Made by a program: the position numbers and the translations under genes. From Haliotis rubra (taxonomy: Eukaryota), in contig NW_025767135.1 in assembly GCF_003918875.1 (NCBI RefSeq), positions 2,232,001-2,296,000 of the forward strand: 64,000 nucleotides of DNA, in the 5' to 3' direction. Of this stretch, positions 1 to 13,025 are shown piece after piece; within the stretch, counting starts at the first letter, position 1; the number at the start of each line of letters is the position of its first letter. The notes under the pieces were generated by a model. The model was not told where the DNA came from. It did not search any database and saw only the letters and a program-made list of their open reading frames with translations.

Positions 1-988
1 TATACAAATACACATTCATCGTGTAAACAACTTGAGCTGCCGATACATACGTGAAAACAACATGTATCATACAAAAACTATGTAGAACAGCACGCACAGG
101 TTACTATAAATGTCTTTAATAGATTTCTCCAATACATTTTGATCTTTCCTAGATCAAGACATACAACATGTCGTGTACATATGTAAATATACATATTTGG
201 CATTTACCATGATGCATATAAATTAATTCGTTAATAAAAAAACACATATTACACTGATGTAAATTTGAAAGAGAATTAAACGAACTTGTGTATCAATCAA
301 ATGTACAGACATAATGATAATTATTATATTTAGTGATGCTTATCGGTTAGTGTTGTAAACATGCTTTGGTGTTGTAATGTTCGTTTGTACAAATAACGTC
401 CCACTGGCTTACGTAAAATTACTTGCCATACTTGCCAACGCCTGGCAAGTACAAGATCTCCCCGCGACCATCTTGCGGCTTTCCCATAGCTTCAGAGTAA
501 TTGAGCTATCACGCTTCGCTGGACGCCATCACCTCATTATAAGGTCATGGAGTGGTAAAAGCGATGGCCAGGATATCGGCCGAAATCGGGCCACTGCTGG
601 CAGGTCAGCTGAGGTGAAGGTCATCGTGTCAGGTCATGTCGAGCTGTGACCCTGTCGGGACATATGTCTGGCTTTAGACTTGTGGGAGATTTAGGGGACT
701 TCTCAAAAGTATCAGTTTTGTTTTTATGGCCTTTAAAACGAGATGTTATCCTGAGCACATTTCTCCGAGCGAAATACAAACAGCAGCTATCGTGAAGTTA
801 GAAACACAGTGGGAAAACACTCATGTTTATACATTCCTTTAAATCATGACAGTTAAATCTAAACAAAGTTAAAAAAGTACATGGAGCGATTTTTTGGTGA
901 AATAGTATATAGTATAAAATGATACGATATATTATTGCATAAATATTCCATTTAGAACAATTGCAGCATGATGATGAATTACAAACAA

Positions 989-1120
989 GGCAGTTGGGTA
1001 GCCAACACGTTGTAGCGTTGTCTCGTCACACCGAAGGTCCTGGTTCGAATCCCCTCATGGGTGCACTGTGAAGCCTTTTCTCTCCGCCGTCCTAATATTG
1101 CTGGGATGTTGCTAAAAGCC
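989..1120 (+). mobile_element. SINE family A (tRNA-derived), degenerate copy
   Basis: Matches the other family-A copies: GGGTAGCC...CTCGTCACACCGAAGGTCCTGGTTCGAATCCCC...TTGCTAAAAGC. Confidence 0.75.
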
Positions 1121-1194
1121 TATTTATTTATACACATACATACGACAGAAACAACGATCAACATTTGTAGTTAACACGACTTGTTTTTGACGGT

Positions 1195-1286
1195 CATTTA
1201 ACGCCGGACACGAGAATATTCCAGGTATGGGTCTGGAGTCTGGACCAGAAGTTCCCGTGACAGACATCATGAGCATAAATCACCCC
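1195..1286 (-). mobile_element. SINE family B 3' portion, interrupted by the 34-bp array
   Basis: AACGCCG..GAATATTCCAG..GAGTCTGGACCAGA..CATGAGCAT aligns to the B copy at 11754-11999. Confidence 0.65.
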
Positions 1287-3434
1287 AATCTCAACAGGGA
1301 GACAAGCATGAGGTACCCGAAATCCCAACAGGAAGACAAGCATGAGGTACCCGAAATCTCATCAGGGAGACAAGCATGAGGTACCCGAAATCTCAACAGG
1401 AAGACAAGCATGAGGTACCCGAAATCCATCAGGGAGACAAGCATGAGGTACCCGAAATCTCATCAGGGAGACAAGCATGAGGTACCCGAAATCTCAACAG
1501 GGAGACAAGCATGAGGTAAATCTGAAATCTCAACAGGGAGACAAGCTGAAATCTCAACAGGAAGAGGTTGAGGAGACAAGCATGAGGTACCCGAAATCTC
1601 AACAGGAAGACAAGCATGAGGTACCCGAAATCTCAACAGGGAGACAAGCATGAGGTACCCGAAATCTCAACAGGGAGACAAGCATGAGGTACCCGAAATC
1701 TCATCAGGGAGACAAGCATGAGGTACCCGAAATCTCAACAGGGAGACAAGCATGAGGTACCCGAAATCTCATCAGGGAGACAAGCATGAGGTACCCGAAA
1801 TCTCATCAGGGAGACAAGCATGAGGTACCCGAAATCTCAACAGGAAGACAAGCATGAGGTACATCTGAAATCTCATCAGGGGGAGACAAGCATGAAATGA
1901 AATCTCAACAGGGAGACAAGCATGAGGTACCATGAGGGAAATCTCAACAGGGAGACAAGCATGAGGTACCCGAAATCTCAACAGGGAGACAAGCATGAGG
2001 TACCCTGAAATCTCAATCAGGGAGACAAGCATGAGGTACCCGAACTCTCATCAGGAGACAAATCTCAACAGGGAGACAAGCATGAGGTAAATCTGAAACC
2101 TCATCAGGGAGACAAGCATGAGGTACCCGAAATCTCATCAGGGAGACAAGCATGAGGTACCCGAAATCTCAACAGGGAGACAAGCATGAGGTACCCGAAA
2201 TCTCATCAGGGAGACAAGCATGAGGTACCCGAAATCTCAACAGGAAGACAAGCATGAGGTACCCGAAATCTCATCAGGGAGACAAGCATGGGGTAAACCT
2301 GAAAATCACAGGAAGGAGACAAGCATGAGGGAAATCTCAACAGGGAGACAAGCATGAGGTACCCGAAATCTCAACAGGGAGAGACAAGCATGAGACAAGC
2401 CCTGAAATCTCATCAGGGAGACAAGCATGAGGTACCCGAAATCTCAACAGGGAGACAAGCATGAGGTACCCGAAATCTCATCAGGGAGACAAGCATGAGG
2501 TACCCGAAATCTCAACAGGAGACAAGCATGAGGTACCCGAAATCTCAACAGGGAGACAAGCATGAGGTACCTGAAATCTCTCAGGGAAGACAAGCAGGGA
2601 GACAAGACATGAGGTACCCGAAATCTCAACAGGGAGACAAGCATGAGGTACCCAGAAATCTCATCAGGGAGACAAGCATGAGGTACCCGAAATCTCATCA
2701 GGGAGACAAGCATGAGGTACCAGAAATCATCAGACAAGCTGAGGTACCCGAAAGACAAGACAAGCATGAGGTACCCGAAATCTCAACAGGGAGACAAGCA
2801 TGAGGTACCCGAAAGGAGACAAGCATGACAGGGGAGACAAGCATGAGGTACCCAGGGGAAATCTCATCAGGGAGACAAGCATGAGGTAATCTCATCAGGG
2901 AAATCTCAACAGGGAGACAAGCATGAGGTACCCGAAATCTCAACAGGAAGACAAGCATGAGGTACCCGAAATCTCATCAGGGAGACAAGCATGAGGTACC
3001 CGAAATCTCAACAGGGAGACAAGCATGAGGTACCCGAAATCTCATCAGGGGACAGACATGAGCAGAGGAGACAAGCATGAGGTACTCGAAATCTCAACAG
3101 GGAGACAAGCATGAGGTACCCGAAAGGGAGACAAGCTGAGGTACCCGAAATCTCAACAGGGAGACAAGCATGAGGTACCCGAAATCTCATCAGGGAGACA
3201 AGCATGAGGTACCCGAAATCTCATCAGGGAGACAAGCTGAGGTACCCGAAATGTCAACAGGGAGACAAGCATGAGGTACCCGAAATCTCATCAGGGAGAC
3301 AAGCATGGGGTACCCGAAATCCCAACAGGAAGACAAGCATGAGGTACCCGAAATCTCATCAGGGAGACAAGCATGAGGTACCCGAAATATCAACAGAGAG
3401 ACAAGCATGAGGTACCCGAAATCTCAACAGGGAG
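1287..3434. repeat. Tandem minisatellite, 34-bp unit, ~63 copies
   Basis: Unit AAATCTCAWCAGGGAGACAAGCATGAGGTACCCG repeated directly. Confidence 0.97.
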
Positions 3435-3763
3435 CTACCAGCAGTTGAGGGTCATTTTCTGACCCGTAATCCCATCATAGAGACGCGCACGAGGTACTGG
3501 TGACCCAATCTGACCCTAAATACCTACATGCGTCATGAAATATAGGCCACTTGAAAATGACTAACCTCTTCTATAGTGTGATCAAATGTGACACTTAGGA
3601 TTTGTCGTTATTCACCCATCATATAATGGGAATAACAGAACAGGGGTAACTTGTGTAGGTTTCGTTCTGGACACAAGGAGCATCATCGGCACATAGGAGT
3701 AAATATGTACAGATTATATGTGTGATGCTTTTGTCAGTCCTCAAGTATTTGAAGCTGCAGTAC

Positions 3764-3922
3764 GGGCGGTGGGGTAGCCCAGTGGTTAAAGCGTTCGCTC
3801 ACCGCGAAGACCCGGCTTCGATGATTCCCCAAATGGGTACAATGTGTGAAGCCTATGTCTCGTCTCCCCTGCCGCGACATTGCTGGAATATTGCTAAAAG
3901 CGGCGTAGAAACAATACTCATG
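3764..3922 (+). mobile_element. SINE family A (tRNA-Asp-like head)
   Basis: GGGCGGTGGGGTAGCCCAGTGGTTAAAGCGTTCGC...GCTAAAAGCGGCGTA tail. Confidence 0.9.
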
Positions 3923-4222
3923 CAGTCAAGCTGCGGTAACAAGTATATTGAAAGAGAGGCGGTGTGAGTTCTTATCCTTGTCGTATACAACGCAAACATG
4001 CATTTGTCGTGTATGATTCTGGATGGATCATATACTATGATCCTGGGTTCGGATCTCGAAATAGGCCTGATTATTGGTATTGTCTGCAACATACCATGTG
4101 GTTTTCACAAAAGCTGCTATGTCATAATTTAATGTGAAATACTGTTAATAACGGCGACAACATTGCATCTATATAGAGGCGTCTGAGATGTCCCCTTGCC
4201 ACGTGGACCTTTTGATGCAATA

Positions 4223-4391
4223 TAGTCTGTCTCACAGTCCCTGAACCACATTATTTTCCCTTCCACCAAGCCCTCTCTGCAGATGTTCTTGGTCTCTGAA
4301 TCTCTGGTCTCCCTGGGACTCCTTTTCAATTTAAATGGGCTTGTTTGTTACTATCAAAATTATATATATTCAGAGACTAAGCATTGGTCTA
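4223..4391 (+). mobile_element. Non-autonomous DNA transposon, TAG..CTA ends, 9-bp TSD (AcademH-like)
   Basis: TSD GATGCAATA at 4214-4222 and 4392-4400; homologous copy at 47271-47474 has its own 9-bp TSD. Confidence 0.8.
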
Positions 4392-4486
4392 GATGCAATA
4401 GTATACATGTTGCTTGTTTTCGTCGTTGTTCTTTTAACGTCGCTGTCAGCAAAGGTCCATGTCAAGGCGATTTTGACGTAATCAAA

Positions 4487-4612
4487 TCTGAGCCAGACAT
4501 ACCAATGGTTGATACTATGAGCACCGCCCAAAGCAGTTGGGGTCGATGACACCAAGTCACATGACCACCCGATACACGATCCACTCTTATGACAAGCATA
4601 ATCTTCTGGAAC
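4487..4612 (-). mobile_element. Old, degenerate SINE family B fragment
   Basis: CCAGACA..ATGAGCA..TGACCACCCGAT..CTCTTATGACAAGCAT. Confidence 0.55.
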
Positions 4613-4868
4613 ACTTAATTTCTTTCTCAAAATCATCGCGACGTAACATCTCCTCTCAAGGATTTTCCATACCCTTGAAAGACGTGCGTCTCCATAGCAA
4701 CGCACCATATTCAGAAGTGGCCAATTGTATTATATTTAAAGTTACACTCAGTTAGCTTATCAATAATATCCTTTATATTTGAGCCCATTAATTTTGTTTT
4801 AATTACAAACAATAAATTTGTATACCATTGTTAAACACTTGACAGACATGATTACTGTCATATTGTGC

Positions 4869-5064
4869 TAGTCTGCCATACGGACAATGAAACAAATATA
4901 CCCGTTGCTGCCTAAGCAAGTCTAGAATGTGCGGCAAGTCTAGATTACCAGTTTCAGGAAATGAAGAAAATATCAAGGCTCCTTTTTATAGTGTTTTGAT
5001 ACCTTAATTTGGAAACATTTTTTTCTGTAAAATATTTTCATTTCAGAGACTAGATGTTAGTGTA
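4869..5064 (+). mobile_element. Older relative of the AcademH-like element
   Basis: TAGTCTG start and CAGAGACTAGATGTTAGTGTA end; similar to 47785-47960; 9-bp flanks match 6/9. Confidence 0.5.
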
Positions 5065-5785
5065 ACAATGTACATGATGGTAGTTTTAAGACCTCTTCTT
5101 CTTCGCCTGCACCCGTTGAAACTACTGCAGTCTTCGAGTACTGTGATCACGATGGTAGTATTTAATAGCTCATTGAGGCTATATACAAATACAAGCACGT
5201 GATACCTTCTCCGGAACAGTAAGGGGAATCTGTGGGATCTTTTGGGGTCATAAACGATGTAGAAACGCCATTTGTACCAGAAATTGTCGTATATTGACAG
5301 GAGGATACAAAAGTACAGTATTCCATCTAATACTACCCGGTTACGAGATTGGAGAATAAACTGTATATTGTTTTGTATATTTTGAGATGCCCCCTCGCCA
5401 CGTGAAGCTGTTGATGCGAGACGACTCCCGAGGAAAGTGTTGTTATCGGGGCCAAGTTATCCTCTCATCACCTGTGGGGGATCAGAGATACTGGATACAC
5501 CGGTGCCGACAAGCACGAGAGGTAAAACCACTGTGTTAGGAAGTATTACTCCCTTCCCTAAAAAATATATGAATAAAATTAAATGAAAAACACAAACCGT
5601 ACATACAAACAATCCTAGCCCCACCCCTTTTCCAGCCTAAACAAATAGGCAGTAATGTTAACAATGATGAACACAAAAAAACCCAAAACAAAAAAACAAA
5701 ACAACAACAACAAAAAACGATAACAAACAAACAATAGTAGCAAGATAGGATGAATCAATATTTAGCAGCTTGGCTAATCTGAAGA

Positions 5786-5935
5786 GTGAGTGAGTTGGGT
5801 TTTACGCCGCTTTTAGCAATGTTCCAGCAATATCACCTTAAATGGACGTCACACATTGTAGGTATGTGGGGAATCGAACCCGGGCCTTCGGCGTGACGAA
5901 CGAACGCTTTAACCACTAGGCTACCCCACCGCCCC
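5786..5935 (-). mobile_element. SINE family A with 13-bp TSD
   Basis: TSD GCTAATCKGAAGA at 5773-5785 and 5936-5948; tRNA-like head; TCAC-repeat tail. Confidence 0.93.
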
Positions 5936-7225
5936 GCTAATCGGAAGATCCGTATCTATTTATATACATATATTTATATATATTTTAGAAACCAAATCAG
6001 CATACCAAATCCTTAAAATAATGGTGAACTAAAATTAAATTATATGTAAATTTCACATCGCAATTCTACCCATTTTGATTCGAACTCAAGCATTTGTAAC
6101 AGAACGAGTGTCGTTTAACATTGTGATGAAGAGTTGTCTCCCATGGATAAGCCTCAGAAGATGTCGACAGCTTGCTCCGACAATATATGACCCAGCTGTC
6201 ATATGGGTCAATAATAATACACGCATCTGCAAGTAACAATTAATCATATTGAATGGGGTAACCTACAATAGATGTGAAAACATGACATTCCCTACAGTAT
6301 ATCCAGTGTTTGCATGCTTTAACAAATATTTACCTATAATCCCAGCTTAAGGGAAGCTTCCCCCTGTGAAGAGTGATCGCCATACTGCGAAAAGTAGCGG
6401 TGGGTCAACACTCATTTTCGCTTGTCATTTTCTCGGTCAACGTACAATTCTCAAAGCAGCACGCACAATAGTGAAGACTTAAATGACAGACCGAAGTAGG
6501 TTTATAGGTACCCCTACAATTAAATAAATGTATTTCGCCATTGAATCCATTCTAAATGATACTCATAGAATGTCAAAGAACGATCATGCTTTTGTCAGGG
6601 TCAGGAATGTAACTTGTCCACGATCGTGCATATCACGTGATCATCTGACCACGTATGCGGTACAGTCTAACGAATATATATAGACTACGTACCGGCCGCT
6701 TGCTGTGATAGGACTATCAATCATTGTCGGCAATCGTCATTTAATCATTAAACTGTTGATCGCTGATATATGTCCCCAGGAAGTTTGCTTATCTCAGTAA
6801 AGCCATTGTTTTTATCAAATAGCTGCCACTCTGGAGCTTTGTGAATCTTTTCTATACAGTAAACCATTTTAATCTCTGCTAATTAAATCTAACAGACCTT
6901 GTGGAAACAAGCCAGCTGTCTCTCTACAAGAATACTTGTTGTTTTTAACCTTTAGAAATTGAGAGAAAAGAACGATAACAAATCTTTGTTAAGATTAGTT
7001 GATATACTGATGGAAATAATTTAAGGCACATGTGCACCAACTGTTGCGTTCAATCATGTTAATAAAACGAATATTTGGAAAAATGTGTAACGGGTGAATA
7101 TTAATATTTGGTTTTCTACTTAAGGTGTTTTAGAGTACCAAATATACAAATGAATTTTTCATTCTGCTTTTACGACAAGCATCGTGGAGAGTTGAGCCTG
7201 ATCAGATCCTGAGGCCCAATGAAAA

Positions 7226-7250
7226 AGAGAGAGAGAGAGAGAGAGAGAGA
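7226..7250. repeat. (AG)n microsatellite
   Basis: Direct observation. Confidence 0.9.
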
Positions 7251-8197
7251 TGTATAAGTTAACAAATCCTGTATTTCCTACACATGTCGCCATGGAAGTC
7301 AACACCCGCCACACACGTCAAATAAATGTTTGGCTAATAGTCTACTGTGACCTAATCCTTTGTTGTGGACGTGGTAATATTCACAGGATCTTAATAACTG
7401 CATAAATATGTTCCAGTGTGGTAATGACACGACGAAAGATCATAAATATTTATTGAATTCTCTCATGTATATTCGTATCCAAACCGCGGAAATTATCTTT
7501 GACACTTTTCACCGTTATTGTAATACTTACGCGGACATATATATAATAGGAACGTAGATTACATCGGCATTATATTACAGGAATGGTAGCAACGTGAAAC
7601 AAATTGAAAGATAGTAATAGCGACAAATATAGATATTAAGATAAAAATAGTATATATAGATATATTAGTCACTTACATATACGACAGAATTCACACGAAG
7701 TGTATTGAATAAATACATATATATATATATATAAACATATCTCCTATTTCTCTAACCACTTCTCTTCCGGGTCAGAACTTATGTTATATGAAACAGTATT
7801 GAAAAAAGGTTTGCACTTTACAACATATATTTCCTTATTATAAATAATTATACAGAATTAAGTTTCGGGGTAGGGTATGTGTAAAATGTTAAGATAGGAA
7901 GTTTTTTTTATCCTACATTGATCTTTTAATATTGTCATTAAGAAGAGATCCAAACAGTTAACAATACACAAAAGATTCACAAAGCCATAAGTGGCATTCA
8001 TTTGATAACGACAATGCCTTTACCGGTTCGAACACTTCACTAAAACAAATATCAGTGATTTTCTTTAAATTCCAATTCATAGTTACTCCGTTCTATTCTC
8101 ATATATTGCACATAATGATTCTTTGTCACTGAATGAGTGAGTGAGAAACATCCTGTAAATTTTCAATTATTGAAAAGGCAAACAAGTTACTGAAATT

Positions 8198-8428
8198 GAG
8201 TGAGTGAGTTAGTTTAGTTTACGCCGCGCTCAGCAATATTTCAGCTATATGGCGGTAGTCTGGTCTGGACAATCCAGTGATCAACAGCATGAGCATCGAT
8301 TTGCGCAATTGGGAACAGATAACATGTGTCAACCAAGCCAGCGAGCCTGACCACCCGATCCCGTTTGTCGCCTCTTGCGACAAACATGGGTTTCTGAAGG
8401 CTCATTCTAACCCGGACCTTCACGGGTC
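8198..8428 (-). mobile_element. SINE family B (Meta/MESC-like domain, no tRNA head)
   Basis: Minus strand starts ACCCGTGAAGGTCCGGGTTAG and ends GCGGCGTAAACTAAAC(TCAC)n. Confidence 0.92.
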
Positions 8429-10299
8429 ACATGTGTCTATACTTCTACATGTCTATCTGAGACATGATGATGACTGAGACATTTTATCTTTGTCAGCACA
8501 GTTGCAACAATGCAGGGGTGATGTGGTTGCAAATTCAATACTTACCAAGTCACATTTCAACCAATACATTTTCACTCAAACCCTGACATAGATTACTATT
8601 GAACAACTGTTCACAATAACAATAGGATATTCAAAAGATGCAATCAAATTTAATAAGTTTTTTTCTTGCGTAACAATATATACACGGTGTACTTTCTTTA
8701 CACCCTCAGTATATGTCCAAAGACCCTGTCATCGGTAGAGGGTTACGCACAGTCGACTCCGTTACAGCACCTAAAATCACTTTAGTGGGCTCGGTGAGGG
8801 TGGGGTAGATGGGAGGGGTAGGATATAGTGGGGTGAGTGTGAATATTCCCCTCGGGGTCTTCAGGGTTTACATTTTCATGATATTCTGAAAAATTCATTT
8901 CTACGACAATGACTTAACATCAGTAACGGAATGTGTGCTACTGACCTTTCACCGAAACATGTCAAGAAGTTAAACGAGGTGTGATTAGAGAGGTTTAACA
9001 AAACGATAATTGACATATTCCGGATATCATGGTTAAAACTAGCAAATGTTCGATTTACAACGTAAATTCCGTGACGACTTAAGGCTTTCCTCACCCACGT
9101 GAGCACAGTCGTGGGTTTCTCATGAACCTGTCCAGAACCAGATTACAGCAGATATCCACGAGACTAAACATATTCATTAAAAAATCCTCGAGGTACTTGC
9201 AGGCCAAAATAAAGTAGTTGCGTGACCCAGCGGAGCCAGGAGACAAGACCACCTTGGAACAAGTCACTAGTAGATTAATGGAAAACACTTGAACAACAGA
9301 AAACACAGGCTTCAAAGCGGTGCTCACCAACAGCAGATCCGGTGGGGCTTTACAGTCATGATTTACCGTTACCCAACAACGCTGGGGAGGGGAGTGGGGG
9401 AGGTGCTTGCTGGGATGGGGGGTGTAGAGATAAGGGGGTCAGGCTTGGACAGTTGGTGAGGTTCGACGTATACAGGGCGCAGCTGTTGGCGCGGGGGTCT
9501 GAAAAATGACAGTGATGATATGCTTCGTGGGATGGAGAATGGGATCAAGTTTATGCGCTGAAGAAACGATAGATGATAAAAAATGGCTTTTAACACATTT
9601 TGAACGCCAGGCGGTGGAAACAGTGTAGTTGTTTTGACTGTTGGAACTGTTGGAACTTAGAGGTACAGAACGGCGCCGAAGTACCGTAGACAACCATGCC
9701 CTTTGTTTATAGTAACCGTCTTATACCATGGTGGCTGGTACCAACTCCTGTCACAGAAATATGGCCATTTTACGATATTCTGACATCCACGATACCCTAG
9801 GACAGCTCATTACGGGCTGGCATGGGTCCTCTCACAACGAGAAACACGCGGTGCTGCCTCCTACAAGTCTATGCGATATCCATCTGGCCAACCCCCTCGT
9901 GCACGCATCGCTGTCTGGGATAAAGCGGTGTCGGTCATGCTTATCTGAAGTAGTGACGGGGAGCTGTATTTTTAGGTGATGCAACTCACAACTCGAATGC
10001 TGGGATGGTGTGGTCTGAGACTGGTTCCCTGCCATGGCTGCACTTGCATTCCGCGTAGCATAAGCGAGCGTGCGTAACAAGGGTGGGGGACCAGTCTATG
10101 CCATTAGCTTGTCGAGTCATAGATGCACGTGGACGGAACAGAAGGCAGTACATTTCACAACTGGTAATTGAAGTGAAAATACCACCCTGGGGTAGTGTTC
10201 GTTCCACCAGGGACCACCTTCCGTTACGTTTTTACACAGTCTGCACTCGGATGCAATCGGCGTATTTCGTTACCAACATAATTCCACTGGACTAGTCGT

Positions 10300-10545
10300 G
10301 CCTGTGAAGATCCGGGTTAGAATTGATCTTCAGTAACCCATGCTTGTCTTAAGAGGCGAGTAACGGGATCGTGTGGTCAGGCTCGCTGCCTTGGTTGACA
10401 CATGTCATCTGTTCCAAATTGCGTAGATCGATGCCCATGATGTTGATCACTGGATTGCCTGATCCAGACACGGTTATTTACAGACCGCCGCCATATAGCT
10501 GTAATATTGCTGAGTGCGGCGTTAAACAACAACTAACCAAACCAA
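10300..10545 (+). mobile_element. SINE family B
   Basis: CCTGTGAAGATCCGGGTTAGAATTGATCTTCAGTAACCCATGCTTGTC...GCTGAGTGCGGCGTTAAAC. Confidence 0.92.
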
Positions 10546-11753
10546 GCAAGTCGTGCCAATTGTTTCACTACGAACAGGATCCTGTTGTTTGGAAGGGAGG
10601 TAATTGTTAGAAACTAAACAAAGGTGATCACAGTTCCAATAATCACACAGACATCTTTATCCATTCAAGTGCTTGTTATTAGGTCTAAACTGATACTGGG
10701 AGCACGGGCGGGCCATACGTCAAAGGCGCCGCAATTTGCTGTGCAGAGTTGCTTCCCTTGTGCATTCCAGGAACCTATGACTGAACGTACAAAACCCGGT
10801 CCGCCAACATGAGGCTGACACGCCGTGATATAACTGGGCTGTTGTTCAAATACGTGAAGCCCAACTCACGCACTATCTCCAGGACTACGTTCCCGAACAT
10901 AAAGACTCGTCTTTCATGCATTTGCGAGTTCCGGATATATTCGCGTTAACTGTGTCATTGAAACATAGAGTCGCCAAACAGCTGAATTTTCATTGATTGT
11001 ATTCCATTTTATTTACAGTCTCAAGAGTAAATGATCTGATTTTATTGAGATCGGTTTCTTATTTAGTACCTACATAAATACAACATGTAAATATCTACAT
11101 TTATATAACTTGCATCTACATACATATAAGATTAATATCTACAGAAATATAAGCAATGAATACCTACATAATTTTACGATAGCAGAGAATATTCAGTATT
11201 ATAGATATCATAACTGAAATTGATAATTTCAGATAAATGGTAATAAAAACACGAGGAAACGTTTATCCAAATATGTTTTATCCAGTTTATTTGTTTCCGA
11301 ATTTATTAGAGGAAATTCGGTAACCATGTCCAGACACAAAGCTGCAATACACTCAGTTGATGTCTTAAACACGACGATTTAAAAGTACTCAGTAATTCAT
11401 AATTGGACTACCAGCTACGAGCCTCTCTTCTTCGACCAATGTCAGCCTTCATGGCAACACTAATGTATTTTTAACTTATGCCTCAAATAAAATGTTTAGC
11501 CATACATGTATTTAAATGAAAACAATGTGAACTGCAATTGACTGGACATAATTCATGGTTTTTGTGCGAAATTTGTTATTTACATGAATAGTGGTAATGC
11601 TATGTACCAATTGCTATAGTGTCTGTGCGTGCGTGCGTGCGAGGATGTGTTTCTTACCATAAACAGTTGTGGGTTTTCACCGTAAAAAGATAATAAGATG
11701 TGTAATCGTCCCCACCAATGTTTGAGACAAATGGGGGTATCAAGGAATTATAA

Positions 11754-11999
11754 TGAGTGAGTGAGTGAGTTTAGTTTTACGCCGAACTCAGCAATATTCC
11801 AACTATATGGCGGCGGTCTAAATAATCGAGTCTGGACCAGACAATCCAGTGATCAACAGCATGAGCATCGATCTGCGCAATTGGGAACCGATGACATGTG
11901 TCAACCAGGCCAGCGAGCCTGACCACCCGATCCCGTTAGTCGCCTCTCACGACAAGCATGGGTTACTGAAGGTTCATTCTAACCCAGATCTTCACGGGT
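11754..11999 (-). mobile_element. SINE family B, full length with 14-bp TSD
   Basis: TSD TCAAGGAATTAYAA at 11740-11753 and 12000-12013. Confidence 0.95.
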
Positions 12000-12184
12000 T
12001 CAAGGAATTACAAGTTACAAAGCGGTCTGTCGCAAGCCTATGTTAAAGCATGGGAGTTATGGTCACCGTAGCGCTACGATAGCTTTGTGATCTATGTACA
12101 GGGAACAGGTATATAATCCGAGAATGATGTAGATACCATGTAGGATGTGTTATATATGGGATTACACTTTCTCAGTTACGTACA

Positions 12185-12262
12185 GATTCTAGTACCATTT
12201 GGGGCTGAGTCCCATCTGGAATTCGAACCCGCACTCTCACAGTGAGGCAACTAATCGCCAGA
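12185..12262 (-). mobile_element. Fragment of a further tRNA-derived SINE (family C)
   Basis: B-box GGTTCGAATT on minus strand; homologous to 24836-24952. Confidence 0.55.
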
Positions 12263-12345
12263 ACTGTAATCAGCATTGTGTGTTCATGTAGATATCTTGT
12301 GTGTCTCCTATCCTGTGGTTTGGTCATGGTTATATATCTGTTCAT

Positions 12346-12755
12346 TAGGGCTGCGCAATATAACCGGTTTACCGGTATTTGCCGGTTCAGACATATAAAC
12401 GATACGTATTGCGATACGCTGATCGAAAACCGGTATTTTGACATGCATTCGGAAAACTTCGTAACACTCGGAAATCTTCGGATGTTTCCGTTTTTTAAAT
12501 TGTTCCTTTCCTTGATTTTTTTGTGCCAAACATTATTTACATTTTTATTTTGTCATGATTAAAAGTTTTTATTAAAGCCTAATCAAGTATAGTGATTTTG
12601 TTGTGGTTTTGCTTTATAAATCAAGCATTAACTCGATTATAAGTAGTTTTTTTGTTAAAAAAACTTCTTGCAATATATTGCAATACACATCGCAATATAT
12701 GCTTTCACATCGCAATATATCGCAATATGAAAATTCTCCACAATACCCACCCCTA
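12346..12755. mobile_element. hAT-type MITE with 8-bp TSD
   Basis: TAGGGCTG...CACCCCTA termini; TSD CTGTTCAT at 12338-12345 and 12756-12763; subterminal ATCGCAATA repeats. Confidence 0.88.
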
Positions 12756-12864
12756 CTGTTCATGAAGATTGTGTGAACACACTTTTAATTTCGTTGTTGT
12801 GAGAATGGATCTCCATACATCTTTTGTTCTTGCATAGAGGGTGTTATCATTGACATCGATAAGA

Positions 12865-13025
12865 GTGAGTGAGTTTAGTTTTACACCGCTTGTAGCAATA
12901 TTCCAACAATATCACGTCGGGGACACCAGAAATGGGCTTCACATATTGTCCTCATATGGGGAATCAAACCCGGGTCTTCGGCGTGACGAGCGAACGCTTT
13001 AACCACTAGGCTTCCCCATTGCCCC
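12865..13025 (-). mobile_element. SINE family A with 13-bp TSD
   Basis: TSD GACATCKATAAGA on both sides. Confidence 0.93.

Noticed and set aside
377-649. 90-aa ORF in a GC-richer patch
   Set aside because: No recognisable domain or exon structure on either strand.
1287-3434. CTGATGAG in the 34-bp unit (minus strand) as a hammerhead core
   Set aside because: GAAA is on the opposite strand, and no stem II-GAAA-stem III arrangement exists on one strand.
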